A stretch of DNA of 32,000 bases from Escherichia coli (GCF_041320135.1 NZ_CP100966.1); one strand, 5' to 3'; positions 8,664-19,083 are shown, counted from the stretch's first letter. Notes: generated by a model not told the origin, from the sequence alone. Made by a program: numbers and translations.

Positions 8664-11600
8664 ATGCAGGTCAGCAGAAGGCAGTTCTTTAAGATCTGCG
8701 CTGGCGGTATGGCAGGCACCACGGCAGCGGCACTGGGTTTTGCACCCAGCGTAGCACTCGCGGAAACCCGGCAGTATAAACTGCTGCGCACCCGCGAAAC
8801 CCGTAATACCTGCACCTATTGTTCCGTAGGCTGTGGGCTGTTGATGTACAGCCTCGGTGACGGAGCAAAAAACGCCAAAGCATCTATCTTCCATATCGAA
8901 GGCGATCCGGATCACCCGGTCAACCGCGGTGCACTTTGTCCGAAAGGCGCTGGCCTGGTGGATTTCATCCACTCCGAAAGCCGTCTGAAGTTTCCGGAAT
9001 ACCGTGCGCCAGGTTCTGATAAATGGCAGCAAATCAGTTGGGAAGAGGCGTTTGATCGCATCGCCAAACTGATGAAAGAAGACCGCGATGCTAACTACAT
9101 TGCGCAAAACGCCGAAGGCGTGACTGTTAACCGCTGGCTCTCCACCGGGATGCTGTGTGCTTCCGCGTCGAGTAACGAAACCGGCTATTTAACGCAAAAA
9201 TTCTCCCGCGCGCTGGGTATGCTCGCGGTCGACAACCAGGCGCGTGTCTGACACGGACCAACGGTAGCAAGTCTTGCTCCAACATTTGGTCGCGGTGCGA
9301 TGACCAACCACTGGGTCGACATCAAGAACGCCAACCTCGTCGTGGTGATGGGCGGTAACGCCGCTGAAGCTCACCCGGTCGGGTTCCGCTGGGCGATGGA
9401 AGCCAAAATTCACAATGGCGCGAAGCTGATTGTGATCGATCCTCGCTTTACGCGTACGGCTGCGGTGGCTGACTACTATGCCCCTATTCGTTCCGGTACT
9501 GACATTGCTTTCCTGTCAGGCGTATTGCTGTACCTGCTGAACAATGAAAAATTCAACCGCGAATACACCGAAGCCTATACCAACGCCAGCCTGATCGTGC
9601 GTGAGGATTACGGCTTTGAAGATGGCCTGTTCACCGGCTACGACGCGGAAAAACGCAAGTACGATAAATCCTCCTGGACTTACGAACTGGACGAAAACGG
9701 CTTCGCCAAACGCGATACCACGCTGCAACATCCGCGCTGCGTGTGGAACTTGCTGAAACAGCACGTTTCCCGCTACACGCCAGATGTGGTTGAAAACATC
9801 TGTGGTACGCCAAAAGACGCGTTCCTGAAAGTCTGCGAATACATCGCAGAAACCAGTGCTCACGATAAAACTGCCTCGTTCCTGTATGCCCTCGGCTGGA
9901 CGCAACACTCCGTTGGTGCGCAAAACATTCGTACGATGGCGATGATCCAGCTGCTGCTCGGCAACATGGGGATGGCAGGCGGCGGCGTTAACGCCCTGCG
10001 CGGTCACTCCAATATTCAGGGGCTGACGGACCTGGGGCTGCTGTCGCAGAGCCTGCCAGGTTACATGACGCTGCCAAGCGAGAAGCAGACCGATCTGCAA
10101 ACCTACCTTACCGCCAACACGCCAAAACCGCTGCTGGAAGGCCAGGTAAACTACTGGGGCAACTACCCGAAATTCTTCGTCTCTATGATGAAGGCCTTCT
10201 TTGGTGATAAAGCGACGGCGGAAAATAGCTGGGGCTTTGACTGGTTGCCGAAGTGGGATAAAGGCTACGACGTCCTGCAATACTTCGAGATGATGAAAGA
10301 GGGCAAGGTCAATGGCTATATCTGCCAGGGCTTTAACCCTGTTGCCTCATTCCCGAACAAAAACAAAGTGATCGGTTGTCTGTCGAAACTGAAGTTCCTC
10401 GTCACCATCGACCCGCTGAACACTGAAACCTCTAACTTCTGGCAGAACCACGGTGAGCTGAACGAAGTTGACTCGTCGAAGATCCAGACCGAAGTGTTCC
10501 GTCTGCCATCGACCTGCTTCGCAGAAGAGAACGGTTCAATCGTTAACTCAGGTCGCTGGTTGCAGTGGCACTGGAAAGGTGCGGACGCCCCGGGGATTGC
10601 GCTGACTGATGGCGAGATCCTCTCCGGTATCTTCCTGCGCTTGCGCAAGATGTATGCCGAACAGGGTGGCGCGAACCCGGACCAGGTGCTGAACATGACC
10701 TGGAACTACGCCATTCCGCATGAGCCATCTTCAGAAGAAGTGGCGATGGAGAGTAACGGTAAGGCGCTGGCCGATATTACCGATCCGGCAACCGGTGCGG
10801 TTATCGTCAAGAAAGGCCAACAACTTAGCTCGTTCGCCCAACTGCGCGATGACGGTACAACTTCCTGTGGTTGCTGGATTTTCGCCGGTAGCTGGACGCC
10901 GGAAGGCAACCAGATGGCGCGTCGTGATAACGCCGATCCGTCTGGCCTCGGTAACACGCTGGGCTGGGCATGGGCATGGCCGCTTAACCGCCGCATTCTG
11001 TATAACCGCGCCTCCGCAGATCCGCAGGGTAACCCGTGGGATCCGAAGCGTCAGTTGCTGAAATGGGACGGCACTAAGTGGACCGGCTGGGATATTCCGG
11101 ACTACAGCGCAGCGCCTCCGGGTAGCGGCGTCGGGCCGTTTATCATGCAGCAGGAAGGCATGGGGCGTCTGTTTGCCCTCGATAAGATGGCGGAAGGTCC
11201 GTTCCCGGAACACTACGAGCCGTTTGAAACGCCGCTGGGAACTAACCCGCTGCATCCAAACGTTATCTCGAACCCGGCTGCACGTATCTTTAAAGACGAC
11301 GCCGAAGCATTGGGTAAAGCCGATAAGTTCCCGTATGTCGGAACCACCTATCGTCTGACCGAGCACTTCCACTACTGGACCAAACACGCGCTGTTGAACG
11401 CGATTTTGCAACCAGAACAGTTTGTGGAAATCGGGGAGTCGCTGGCGAATAAACTTGGCATTGCCCAGGGCGATACCGTGAAAGTCTCCTCCAACCGTGG
11501 CTATATCAAAGCCAAAGCGGTGGTGACCAAACGTATTCGCACGCTGAAAGCGAACGGCAAAGATATCGATACCATCGGTATTCCGATTCACTGGGGCTAT

Positions 11601-11714
11601 GAAGGCGTAGCTAAAAAAGGCTTTATTGCCAATACGTTAACGCCATTCGTTGGTGATGCAAACACGCAGACGCCGGAGTTTAAGTCCTTCCTTGTGAATG
11701 TGGAAAAGGTGTAA
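8664..11714 (+). CDS. fdoG: Formate dehydrogenase-O major subunit (selenoprotein, TAT-exported)
   Basis: Two in-frame track ORFs (8664..9251 and 9300..11714) join by reading TGA 9249-9251 as selenocysteine, giving 1016 aa with Sec at residue 196; twin-arginine leader MQVSRRQFFK; CTYCSVGCG 4Fe-4S motif. Confidence 0.97.
9249..9290 (+). promoter_or_regulatory. Bacterial SECIS element and UGA(Sec) codon of fdoG
   Basis: TGA followed by a hairpin: ACCAA (9257-9261) / TTGGT (9286-9290) outer stem, GCAA-GTCT-TTGC apical part with the GUCU loop typical of fdhF/fdnG SECIS elements. Confidence 0.9.
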
Positions 11715-11726
11715 CGGAGACGACAT

Positions 11727-12629
11727 ATGGCTTATCAATCGCAAGATATCATTCGTCGTTCCGCGACTAACGGTCTGACCCCCGCGCCTCAGGCGCGGGA
11801 CTTCCAGGAAGAAGTGGCGAAACTCATCGACGTCACCACCTGTATCGGCTGTAAAGCCTGTCAGGTGGCGTGTTCAGAGTGGAACGACATTCGCGATACC
11901 GTCGGCAATAACATTGGGGTGTACGACAACCCCAATGATTTAAGCGCCAAATCGTGGACGGTGATGCGCTTCTCGGAAGTGGAGCAGAACGACAAACTGG
12001 AATGGCTGATCCGCAAAGACGGCTGTATGCACTGTTCCGATCCAGGCTGTCTGAAAGCGTGCCCGGCGGAAGGTGCAATTATTCAGTATGCCAACGGTAT
12101 CGTCGACTTCCAGTCCGAGCAGTGCATTGGCTGCGGTTATTGCATTGCGGGCTGTCCGTTCGACATTCCGCGCCTCAACCCGGAAGACAACCGCGTCTAC
12201 AAATGTACGCTGTGCGTTGACCGCGTGGTGGTTGGGCAAGAACCAGCCTGCGTGAAGACCTGCCCAACGGGCGCGATTCACTTTGGTACGAAAGAGTCGA
12301 TGAAAACGCTGGCGAGCGAGCGCGTGGCGGAGCTGAAAACCCGCGGTTACGACAATGCGGGCCTGTACGATCCGGCAGGCGTCGGTGGTACACACGTTAT
12401 GTACGTGCTGCACCATGCTGACAAGCCAAATCTGTATCATGGCTTGCCGGAGAACCCGGAAATCAGCGAAACCGTGAAATTCTGGAAAGGCATCTGGAAA
12501 CCGCTCGCAGCTGTTGGCTTTGCGGCTACCTTCGCAGCCAGTATCTTCCACTACGTGGGTGTCGGTCCGAACCGTGCGGATGAGGAAGAGAATAATCTGC
12601 ACGAAGAGAAAGACGAGGAGCGCAAATGA
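11727..12629 (+). CDS. fdoH: Formate dehydrogenase-O iron-sulfur (beta) subunit
   Basis: 300 aa, four Cys-rich 4Fe-4S clusters ([35 protein letters not shown]), C-terminal TM helix. Confidence 0.96.
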
Positions 12630-13261
12630 AACGACGTGACACCATCGTGCGCTACACCGCGCCGGAACGTATCAACCACTGGATCACCGCCTTCTGCTTC
12701 ATCCTGGCGGCGGTGAGCGGGCTGGGCTTTTTGTTCCCGTCCTTCAACTGGTTGATGCAAATCATGGGCACACCGCAGCTGGCGCGAATTCTGCACCCGT
12801 TTGTCGGCGTGGTTATGTTTGCCTCGTTCATCATCATGTTTTTCCGTTACTGGCATCACAACCTAATCAATCGGGATGATATCTTTTGGGCGAAGAATAT
12901 TCGTAAGATCGTCGTCAACGAGGAAGTAGGTGACACCGGGCGTTATAACTTCGGTCAGAAATGCGTTTTCTGGGCGGCGATTATTTTCCTGGTTCTGCTG
13001 CTGGTGAGCGGCGTGATTATCTGGCGTCCTTATTTTGCGCCTGCTTTCTCAATCCCGGTGATCCGATTCGCGTTAATGCTGCATTCATTTGCCGCAGTGG
13101 CGTTAATTGTGGTTATCATGGTGCATATCTACGCCGCCCTTTGGGTGAAAGGCACGATTACCGCCATGGTGGAAGGATGGGTTACCAGCGCCTGGGCGAA
13201 GAAACATCACCCGCGCTGGTACCGTGAGGTCCGCAAGACAACGGAAAAGAAAGCTGAATGA
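12626..13261 (+). CDS. fdoI: Formate dehydrogenase-O cytochrome b556 (gamma) subunit
   Basis: 211 aa, four TM segments, ATGA overlap with fdoH. Confidence 0.95.
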
Positions 13262-14187
13262 GTATTCGCATAATCCCGCAAGATGAGCTGGGTTCGAGCG
13301 AGAAACGTACGGCGGATATGATTCCGCCGTTATTGTTCCCTCGGCTCAAGAATTTATACAACCGCCGCGCCGAGCGTCTGCGCGAGCTGGCAGAAAATAA
13401 TCCGCTGGGTGATTACCTGCGCTTTGCTGCGCTTATCGCCCACGCCCAGGAAGTGGTGCTGTACGACCATCCGCTGGAGATGGATCTGACTGCGCGCATT
13501 AAAGAAGCCAGCGCACAAGGCAAGCCCCCGCTGGATATTCACGTTCTGCCGCGTGATAAGCACTGGCAAAAGCTGCTGATGGCGCTGATTGCTGAGCTGA
13601 AACCTGAAATGAGCGGCCCGGCGCTGGCAGTGATTGAGAATCTGGAGAAGGCATCGACTCAGGAGCTGGAAGATATGGCCAGCGCACTGTTTGCCTCTGA
13701 TTTCTCGTCCGTCAGCAGCGATAAAGCGCCGTTTATCTGGGCTGCACTGTCGCTCTACTGGGCGCAGATGGCCAATCTGATCCCCGGCAAAGCCCGCGCT
13801 GAATACGGCGAGCAACGTCAATATTGCCCGGTTTGTGGTTCTATGCCGGTTTCCAGCATGGTGCAAATTGGCACCACTCAGGGTCTGCGTTACCTGCACT
13901 GCAACCTGTGTGAAACTGAATGGCACGTTGTGCGCGTAAAATGCAGCAACTGCGAGCAGAGCGGCAAACTGCATTACTGGTCGCTGGATGACGAACAGGC
14001 CGCGATTAAAGCCGAAAGCTGCGATGACTGCGGCACTTACCTGAAAATTCTCTATCAGGAAAAAGAACCGAAAGTTGAAGCCGTAGCAGATGACCTCGCC
14101 TCTCTGGTACTGGACGCACGAATGGAGCAAGAAGGCTATGCCCGCAGTTCCATCAACCCGTTCCTGTTTCCGGGTGAAGGGGAGTAA
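13258..14187 (+). CDS. fdhE: FdhE, formate dehydrogenase accessory protein
   Basis: 309 aa, [11 protein letters not shown]...HCNLCETEW...CSNC...CDDCGTY rubredoxin-like Cys motifs. Confidence 0.95.
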   Translation: MSIRIIPQDELGSSEKRTADMIPPLLFPRLKNLYNRRAERLRELAENNPLGDYLRFAALIAHAQEVVLYDHPLEMDLTARIKEASAQGKPPLDIHVLPRDKHWQKLLMALIAELKPEMSGPALAVIENLEKASTQELEDMASALFASDFSSVSSDKAPFIWAALSLYWAQMANLIPGKARAEYGEQRQYCPVCGSMPVSSMVQIGTTQGLRYLHCNLCETEWHVVRVKCSNCEQSGKLHYWSLDDEQAAIKAESCDDCGTYLKILYQEKEPKVEAVADDLASLVLDARMEQEGYARSSINPFLFPGEGE

Positions 14188-14200
14188 TCTCTGACGTTTT

Positions 14201-14222
14201 CCGGGTGGCGCTGGTCGCCCGG
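14201..14222 (+). terminator. GC-rich hairpin after fdhE (terminator/REP-like)
   Basis: CCGGGTGGCG-CTGG-TCGCCCGG imperfect inverted repeat immediately after the fdhE stop. Confidence 0.45.
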
Positions 14223-14368
14223 ATTACAGCTCATAGGGTGTGACGACACCATCTCTCGTATTCCGCGTTACCACCTCAAGCTATGCCGCCAGTGCCTGTT
14301 TTGCCTCAATTTACCCACCCCCACATCAATAAGGTTATGGGTATGAGACTGATGATAAGCGTAAGATT

Positions 14369-14467
14369 GCCTGATGCGCCGCGCTTATCAGGCCTACCAA
14401 TAAACTGCAATACATTGAATTTATACGACTTTGTAGGCCGGGTAAGGCGTTCACGCCGCATCCGGCA
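14369..14467. repeat. REP/BIME cluster (two convergent REP units)
   Basis: GCCTGATGCGCCGCGCTTATCAGGCCTAC (14369-14397) and GTAGGCCGGGTAAGGCGTTCACGCCGCATCCGGC (14433-14466) match canonical enterobacterial REP sequences in opposite orientation. Confidence 0.9.
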
Positions 14468-14516
14468 TGAACAACGCACACGTTGTCAGCAATCTGATTG
14501 ATATCATTTTTTCCCA

Positions 14517-14759
14517 TTACCATTCCTCGCGCAGCTTACGCTGGTATTCGACACCATCTTCCTCACGCCCTTGCCATATGCCAAAAGCACTGGTTCTTAC
14601 TGTTTGCGATTGATTTACCAAGAATTGATCTACCGCTTCCCGTAATAGCTCCGTACGAGGAAGATTACGCTGCACCTCAAGATCATCAAGTTGCTTAATC
14701 ACCTCATTCGATAAATCGAGTATAATTCTGCCCATATCAATACCTGCCAGAGAGTTCAT
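14517..14759 (-). CDS. yiiF: YiiF, ribbon-helix-helix (CopG-type) putative regulator
   Basis: 80-aa [50 protein letters not shown]... Confidence 0.85.
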   Translation of the reverse strand: MNSLAGIDMGRIILDLSNEVIKQLDDLEVQRNLPRTELLREAVDQFLVNQSQTVRTSAFGIWQGREEDGVEYQRKLREEW

Positions 14760-14975
14760 AAATATTTGACCAATATCATTTGATATCTATGGAGAGAAAA
14801 GTACCCTTGTCGAATCTTTAAAGAAAGCTCATTTACGCATCATTTTTTATTTTTGCGAGGCGTTTTCCAGATATGATGTAACAGTTGCAGTTATTATAAG
14901 TTCAAGTAAAACAGCCTTGTATTAATACCAGAATAAGGGCATCTGTTTTTTATATTCAAGAATGAAAAATTTTTG

Positions 14976-15194
14976 TCATTCCTTATGCTCCTTACACTGA
15001 TCATCAACACCAACTACCTCCCCCTTTTGCCTGCCTCCCTTTGCTTTACGCACCGGGAATTGCTGACGTTCCAGATATTGCTCTACCGCTTCGCGTAAAA
15101 TTGCAGATCGTGAAACCTTACGCCAGCCACGAAGCTTGTTCAGCCGTTTAATTGCCTCTTCTGATAAATGAAGAAAAACCGTATTCATCGCCAT
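14976..15194 (-). CDS. yiiE: YiiE, ribbon-helix-helix (CopG-type) putative regulator
   Basis: Internal ATG of ORF 14976..15221 gives MAMNTVFLHLSEEAIKRLNKLRGWRKVSRSAILREAVEQYLERQQ..., 72 aa; paralogue of YiiF. Confidence 0.85.
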   Translation of the reverse strand: MAMNTVFLHLSEEAIKRLNKLRGWRKVSRSAILREAVEQYLERQQFPVRKAKGGRQKGEVVGVDDQCKEHKE

Positions 15195-15498
15195 TACCAC
15201 CACCTTACATATATTACTCATTAATGTATGTGCGAAAATTACGCCGGAAAATTAATTAACGAAAGCGGATTTTTGCATGTTGTTTTGTTTTTGCGAGACG
15301 TTTTCCAGAAATAATAAGAGCGTTGCAGTTGTTTCATTTGTTACTCAAAAATGGTTTAGTTATCGCCCAGGATGAGTTATGGGTGCTATGAATATATTAT
15401 ATTCAGGGATATTTATTTGCATAATCTGAATGGTGTAGCCGAAAAACGTCAGCATCCTAACAGCACCAGGATTTAAGGTGAAATTAATCTTCCATCAC

Positions 15499-15528
15499 AG
15501 ACCGGTCAGTACTGCCACCAACCGGTCT
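15499..15528. terminator. Inverted repeat, possible terminator
   Basis: AGACCGGT (15499-15506) / ACCGGTCT (15521-15528) followed by T-rich sequence. Confidence 0.35.
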
Positions 15529-15869
15529 TTACTTGCTCATCGTTATAATTTTGTTGGTAACAGTTCGGGAAACAAGGAATTCCTTCCGGAACACCCCCGG
15601 CATCATCCGATAGCATTGACGTCAATCATCGGCTCGACGGTGAGTTTTTTTAATCGCATCATAGGGTGGCAACGTTCAGCACGATTACGGGTCATAGCAA
15701 AACTCCTGAGCAGCGGCACTATGCCGCTTTCACAGGAGTTCTGAATGCTGGTGCTTTCTGTATGGCTTCGCCATGCCCCTCGCGGCTAAGCGCCTGCACA
15801 CATCTCTCTTTGTATTTCATTTTTGCAATGCATTGGCCGAATTCTGATAATCCTAATGAGTTTTACTCT

Positions 15870-17684
15870 TCAGACTCCCATCCCTACGGTATACGAGTTA
15901 GATTCATGAATGAAATCGACATTTTTAAAAAACGAATCTTGTAAAACATCCGTGTTGATATTACCTTGCAACCCAACATTAAATTTGTTAGAGACATGAA
16001 GAACTCGAATATCAAAAAGGTCTTTTAACATCATTACTTCTTCGGCTGTTAATGAATCGCAACTAAAATATCCCTGTTGATCAAAAAGGTTTTCTATTTC
16101 TCCATCATCGGCGAGGCGTTTTTCAAAGAGTGTTTGCAACATCGAGTTGCCAAGGACAATGGATATCGTGCGATCTTTCGCAGATTTACACCCCATCACA
16201 ACGGCAACATTCGTATCCCCCCCAGAAGTTTCATTTATCGCTGTCGCTAAAATGGTGGTCAAACACGCAAACGGAACTGTATTTCTTTCGTGATTTAATT
16301 TATCTACCAGTTCATTCCATTTATCAAAAGCCGGGCGATATTTGTTGCGTACAGAAGTATCCGACTGGTTAAACAATTTAGCCATGCGATTTTTTATCAT
16401 CTCGATATCCGGCGAACCAGAAAGACTTTGCGCATAATACGGTCCTGATGATGTTGCATACATTAAAGCCGCGCCCACACCTGTCGCCATGATGGGCGCA
16501 GTCACGGTTTTGGCAAGGGCGACGCTGCGATGGCTATGCGCTTCACAGGTTAAAGGAACATATTCCACTGACTGCGGTAATTCCTTACATGCCTCCCTCA
16601 TCATTGCCGTATGCTTTACAAACAACGGTTTTTCACTGCCCAAAAAAACTTTCTGCTTAATTGCACTAAGAAAACGTAAATCAAAAATGATTGTTTTTGG
16701 TTTATTATTTTTTGGCACATTTCCTATTATCCCGCTGAGAACCTTTCTTGCTGCATGGAGATTTTTTTGCACAGCACATAACACAATTGACGAAGCCTTC
16801 TCTACTGCGTCATTGATTTTAATTTTAAAATCCGCATGATATACGTTGACGGGCAATACAAGTATGTCTGGCGCTACATCTTTGGCTGAGTATTTATTGG
16901 TGATCGACGGTCGTGAATCCACGAGAAAACTTAGCTGCAAATTATGCTCTATATTACCAGCTGTTTTTGTGGTGTGATTAAACATAGAGATGCCACCTCT
17001 CATTCTTTCACACATATCCTCAACTTTTTCACTTCGTTCTTGTGGCAATTTGGCTTTAACGTTAATTTGATGATTTTTACCCGTGCATTCCTTAACTACA
17101 AGGGGAATGTTATCTAAAGTGCCATACAGGCTAATAACGTCACCAGGATTTTTATCATGTAAGTAAGTTTGATTAATACTCGAAGCATTCACAAAGAGGT
17201 CAATATTATAACTGTTTATAACTTCACCTACATCAAATGTGTAGTGCTTACTCTGGAGGCTGCCATCCTTATTTAATTGTATATCAATCAATATATCCCC
17301 GGACTTTGTCACCATATCTTTGCCATAAACCATTTGCATAGCCATTTCGAGGAGATTTTTATCTAACTGATTGCGGGCGTTGAGTAAGCGACTACCAAAT
17401 AATTTATATACTGTTCCCGTCATTGCCAGGGCTGCGCTTTCTGGTACTTTGCGTTTCCACAGTGAGGTTTCTCTATTTTTAAACAGGTCATATTCATTAT
17501 TACTCGACAAACCATACTTCAGTTCGTTAACACAATGGAACAGTTGTTCCTCACCTTCCATTTTAAGGCGATGTGAAAAATCATTTAATAGCGTTTGCTT
17601 CGGTGATTCATTACTCATTAGTTGTTTTTCTAAATTAACAACAGAATAACTTTCTTGTTGAATGAGATTAATATTGGCAACCAT
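15870..17684 (-). CDS. SopB/SigD/IpgD-like inositol-phosphate phosphatase, candidate secreted effector
   Basis: Track ORF 15870..17717; ATG at 17684 has a strong Shine-Dalgarno (AAAGGAGG), giving 604 aa. Contains NVAVVMGCKSAKDRT with CX5R active site (C499...R505), closely resembling the CKSGKDRT catalytic motif of SopB/IpgD; gene is visibly AT-rich compared with neighbours. Confidence 0.75.
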   Translation of the reverse strand: MVANINLIQQESYSVVNLEKQLMSNESPKQTLLNDFSHRLKMEGEEQLFHCVNELKYGLSSNNEYDLFKNRETSLWKRKVPESAALAMTGTVYKLFGSRLLNARNQLDKNLLEMAMQMVYGKDMVTKSGDILIDIQLNKDGSLQSKHYTFDVGEVINSYNIDLFVNASSINQTYLHDKNPGDVISLYGTLDNIPLVVKECTGKNHQINVKAKLPQERSEKVEDMCERMRGGISMFNHTTKTAGNIEHNLQLSFLVDSRPSITNKYSAKDVAPDILVLPVNVYHADFKIKINDAVEKASSIVLCAVQKNLHAARKVLSGIIGNVPKNNKPKTIIFDLRFLSAIKQKVFLGSEKPLFVKHTAMMREACKELPQSVEYVPLTCEAHSHRSVALAKTVTAPIMATGVGAALMYATSSGPYYAQSLSGSPDIEMIKNRMAKLFNQSDTSVRNKYRPAFDKWNELVDKLNHERNTVPFACLTTILATAINETSGGDTNVAVVMGCKSAKDRTISIVLGNSMLQTLFEKRLADDGEIENLFDQQGYFSCDSLTAEEVMMLKDLFDIRVLHVSNKFNVGLQGNINTDVLQDSFFKNVDFIHESNSYTVGMGV

Positions 17685-18063
17685 TACAGCCTCCTTTCCA
17701 CAGTTAAGAGCAAACATACAACATAATTATTTATAACATCCAGAGCAGTAAATGAATGATACTGACAATGACACCAATCCATTATCTTTGCATAATGTTT
17801 GTTAGCTATAAATTTTAAAAATAGTTATGAGAAAAGTATGGCACCAGAGGGGGTTTTGACTATCAAAAATCGCTCAAACATGAACTAAGATGATGAATTA
17901 AGCATTATCTGCGATAATTGCCATACAGCTCTAAAAATAATATTTAAATGCTCCTGAACAGTGATGTAGCAAGACACGTATGGAGCCAACGAAGAATAAA
18001 AATTTATAGAGTTCTTATTCAATATAACCGAAATAGCCAAGGACTAATATAAATGACCTGAAT

Positions 18064-18090
18064 GAGAGAGGCAGCACCGCCCCTCTCCAT
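18064..18090 (-). terminator. Hairpin downstream of fabY
   Basis: GAGAGGC-AGCACC-GCCCCTCTC imperfect inverted repeat just beyond the fabY stop on the minus strand. Confidence 0.45.
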
Positions 18091-18093
18091 CAG

Positions 18094-19083
18094 CTACTCT
18101 TCTTCGTTCCCGCCCTCTTCATACGGGCCAAATGGCTTCGCGGGCAGAACGATATACGTGCCTTCAAACACTGCACCCGGCGTCTCGTCGCCAAAGATTT
18201 CGACCTGCATCTGCACCCGTGCTTTTCGTCCGCGCGCCAGACGGTCGAGATCGCCGCTTAAGGCACCGAGGTCGGCTACCGCATGAGGTTTACCGCTAAT
18301 CGGCTTGCTGTAGCGGATATGCGCATCCGCCAGAATAATCGTTCCGCCGAGGTGGCGTTCACGCAGCATCAGCCAGATAAGTCCCCAACCGGTGAGCGTC
18401 GCCAGTGAGAATAAACTCCCGGCAAACAACGTATGGTGCGGATTCTGATTGCCGGTTTCCGGCATGGTGGTGATAAATTTTTGCCCGGTATATTGTTGAA
18501 TACGCACGCCCATTTTTTCACTAAGCGGGATATGTTCGTACCACGCCTGTTGCAGCTGCGCGCACCAGTCGCCGCGATGCAAAATATCATCCAGAGTGGC
18601 GACAGGTTTAATCATCAAAAAATGGCGAATCGGCGTGGTGGTTGGCGTGGTGATTTCTCCCTGATTAACAAACCCCAGCTTGGCGAAAAACTCCACCGCG
18701 TCTTCACGGGCGCTACAGGTCACGCGCTTAACGCCTTCCTGACGCGCCACCGACTCCAGGGTCATCGCCATCAGCGTGCCTAACCCTTTGTCCTGCACGT
18801 CGGGATGAACGGCCATAAAGCGAATGGACGCTTCATTGTCGGCATTAATATACAGTCGGCCTACCGCCACCAGATTACCCTGCTCGTCGACGACCATCTG
18901 GTGATGCGCCATCGCATCCCACGCGTCGCGTTCCGAACCTTTTGGTTGATGCAGGGGCTTACGCAACATTTCCCAGCGAAACTGATAGTAACGCTCTAAT
19001 TCTTCTTCTGTTTGTGGAACCCGAAGGTGATACATAGCGATACTCTCTCTTGTTTCCCGTGACAACCCTGGAAGCTGGCTCAT
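18094..19083 (-). CDS. fabY: FabY (YiiD): GNAT acetyltransferase plus thioesterase-like domain, fatty-acid synthesis initiation
   Basis: 329-aa ORF, N-terminal GNAT motif ([19 protein letters not shown]) and C-terminal hot-dog/thioesterase domain ([22 protein letters not shown]). Confidence 0.9.

Noticed and set aside
8406-9107. 233-aa minus-strand ORF overlapping the fdhD start and fdoG 5' end
   Set aside because: Overlaps two confidently assigned genes, including the fdoG TAT leader; no recognisable family.
10731-11591. 286-aa minus-strand ORF opposite fdoG (also 9516..10280)
   Set aside because: Long antisense open frames are expected opposite GC-rich coding sequence; no domain signature.
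9300-11714. Separate 804-aa molybdopterin oxidoreductase ORF / frameshifted pseudogene
   Set aside because: It is in frame with 8664..9251, separated only by a TGA with a SECIS-like hairpin; this is the selenocysteine codon of fdoG.
13354-14130. 258-aa minus-strand ORF opposite fdhE
   Set aside because: Antisense to a well-conserved gene, composition is an artefact of the coding strand, no RBS or family resemblance.
14260-14500. Possible CRISPR-like repeats between fdhE and yiiF
   Set aside because: Only two palindromic units, with canonical REP sequence in opposite orientation; a BIME, not a spacer-repeat array.
17685-17717. 11-aa N-terminal extension of the SopB-like ORF
   Set aside because: The ATG at 17684 is preceded by a strong AAAGGAGG Shine-Dalgarno, whereas the upstream start is not.
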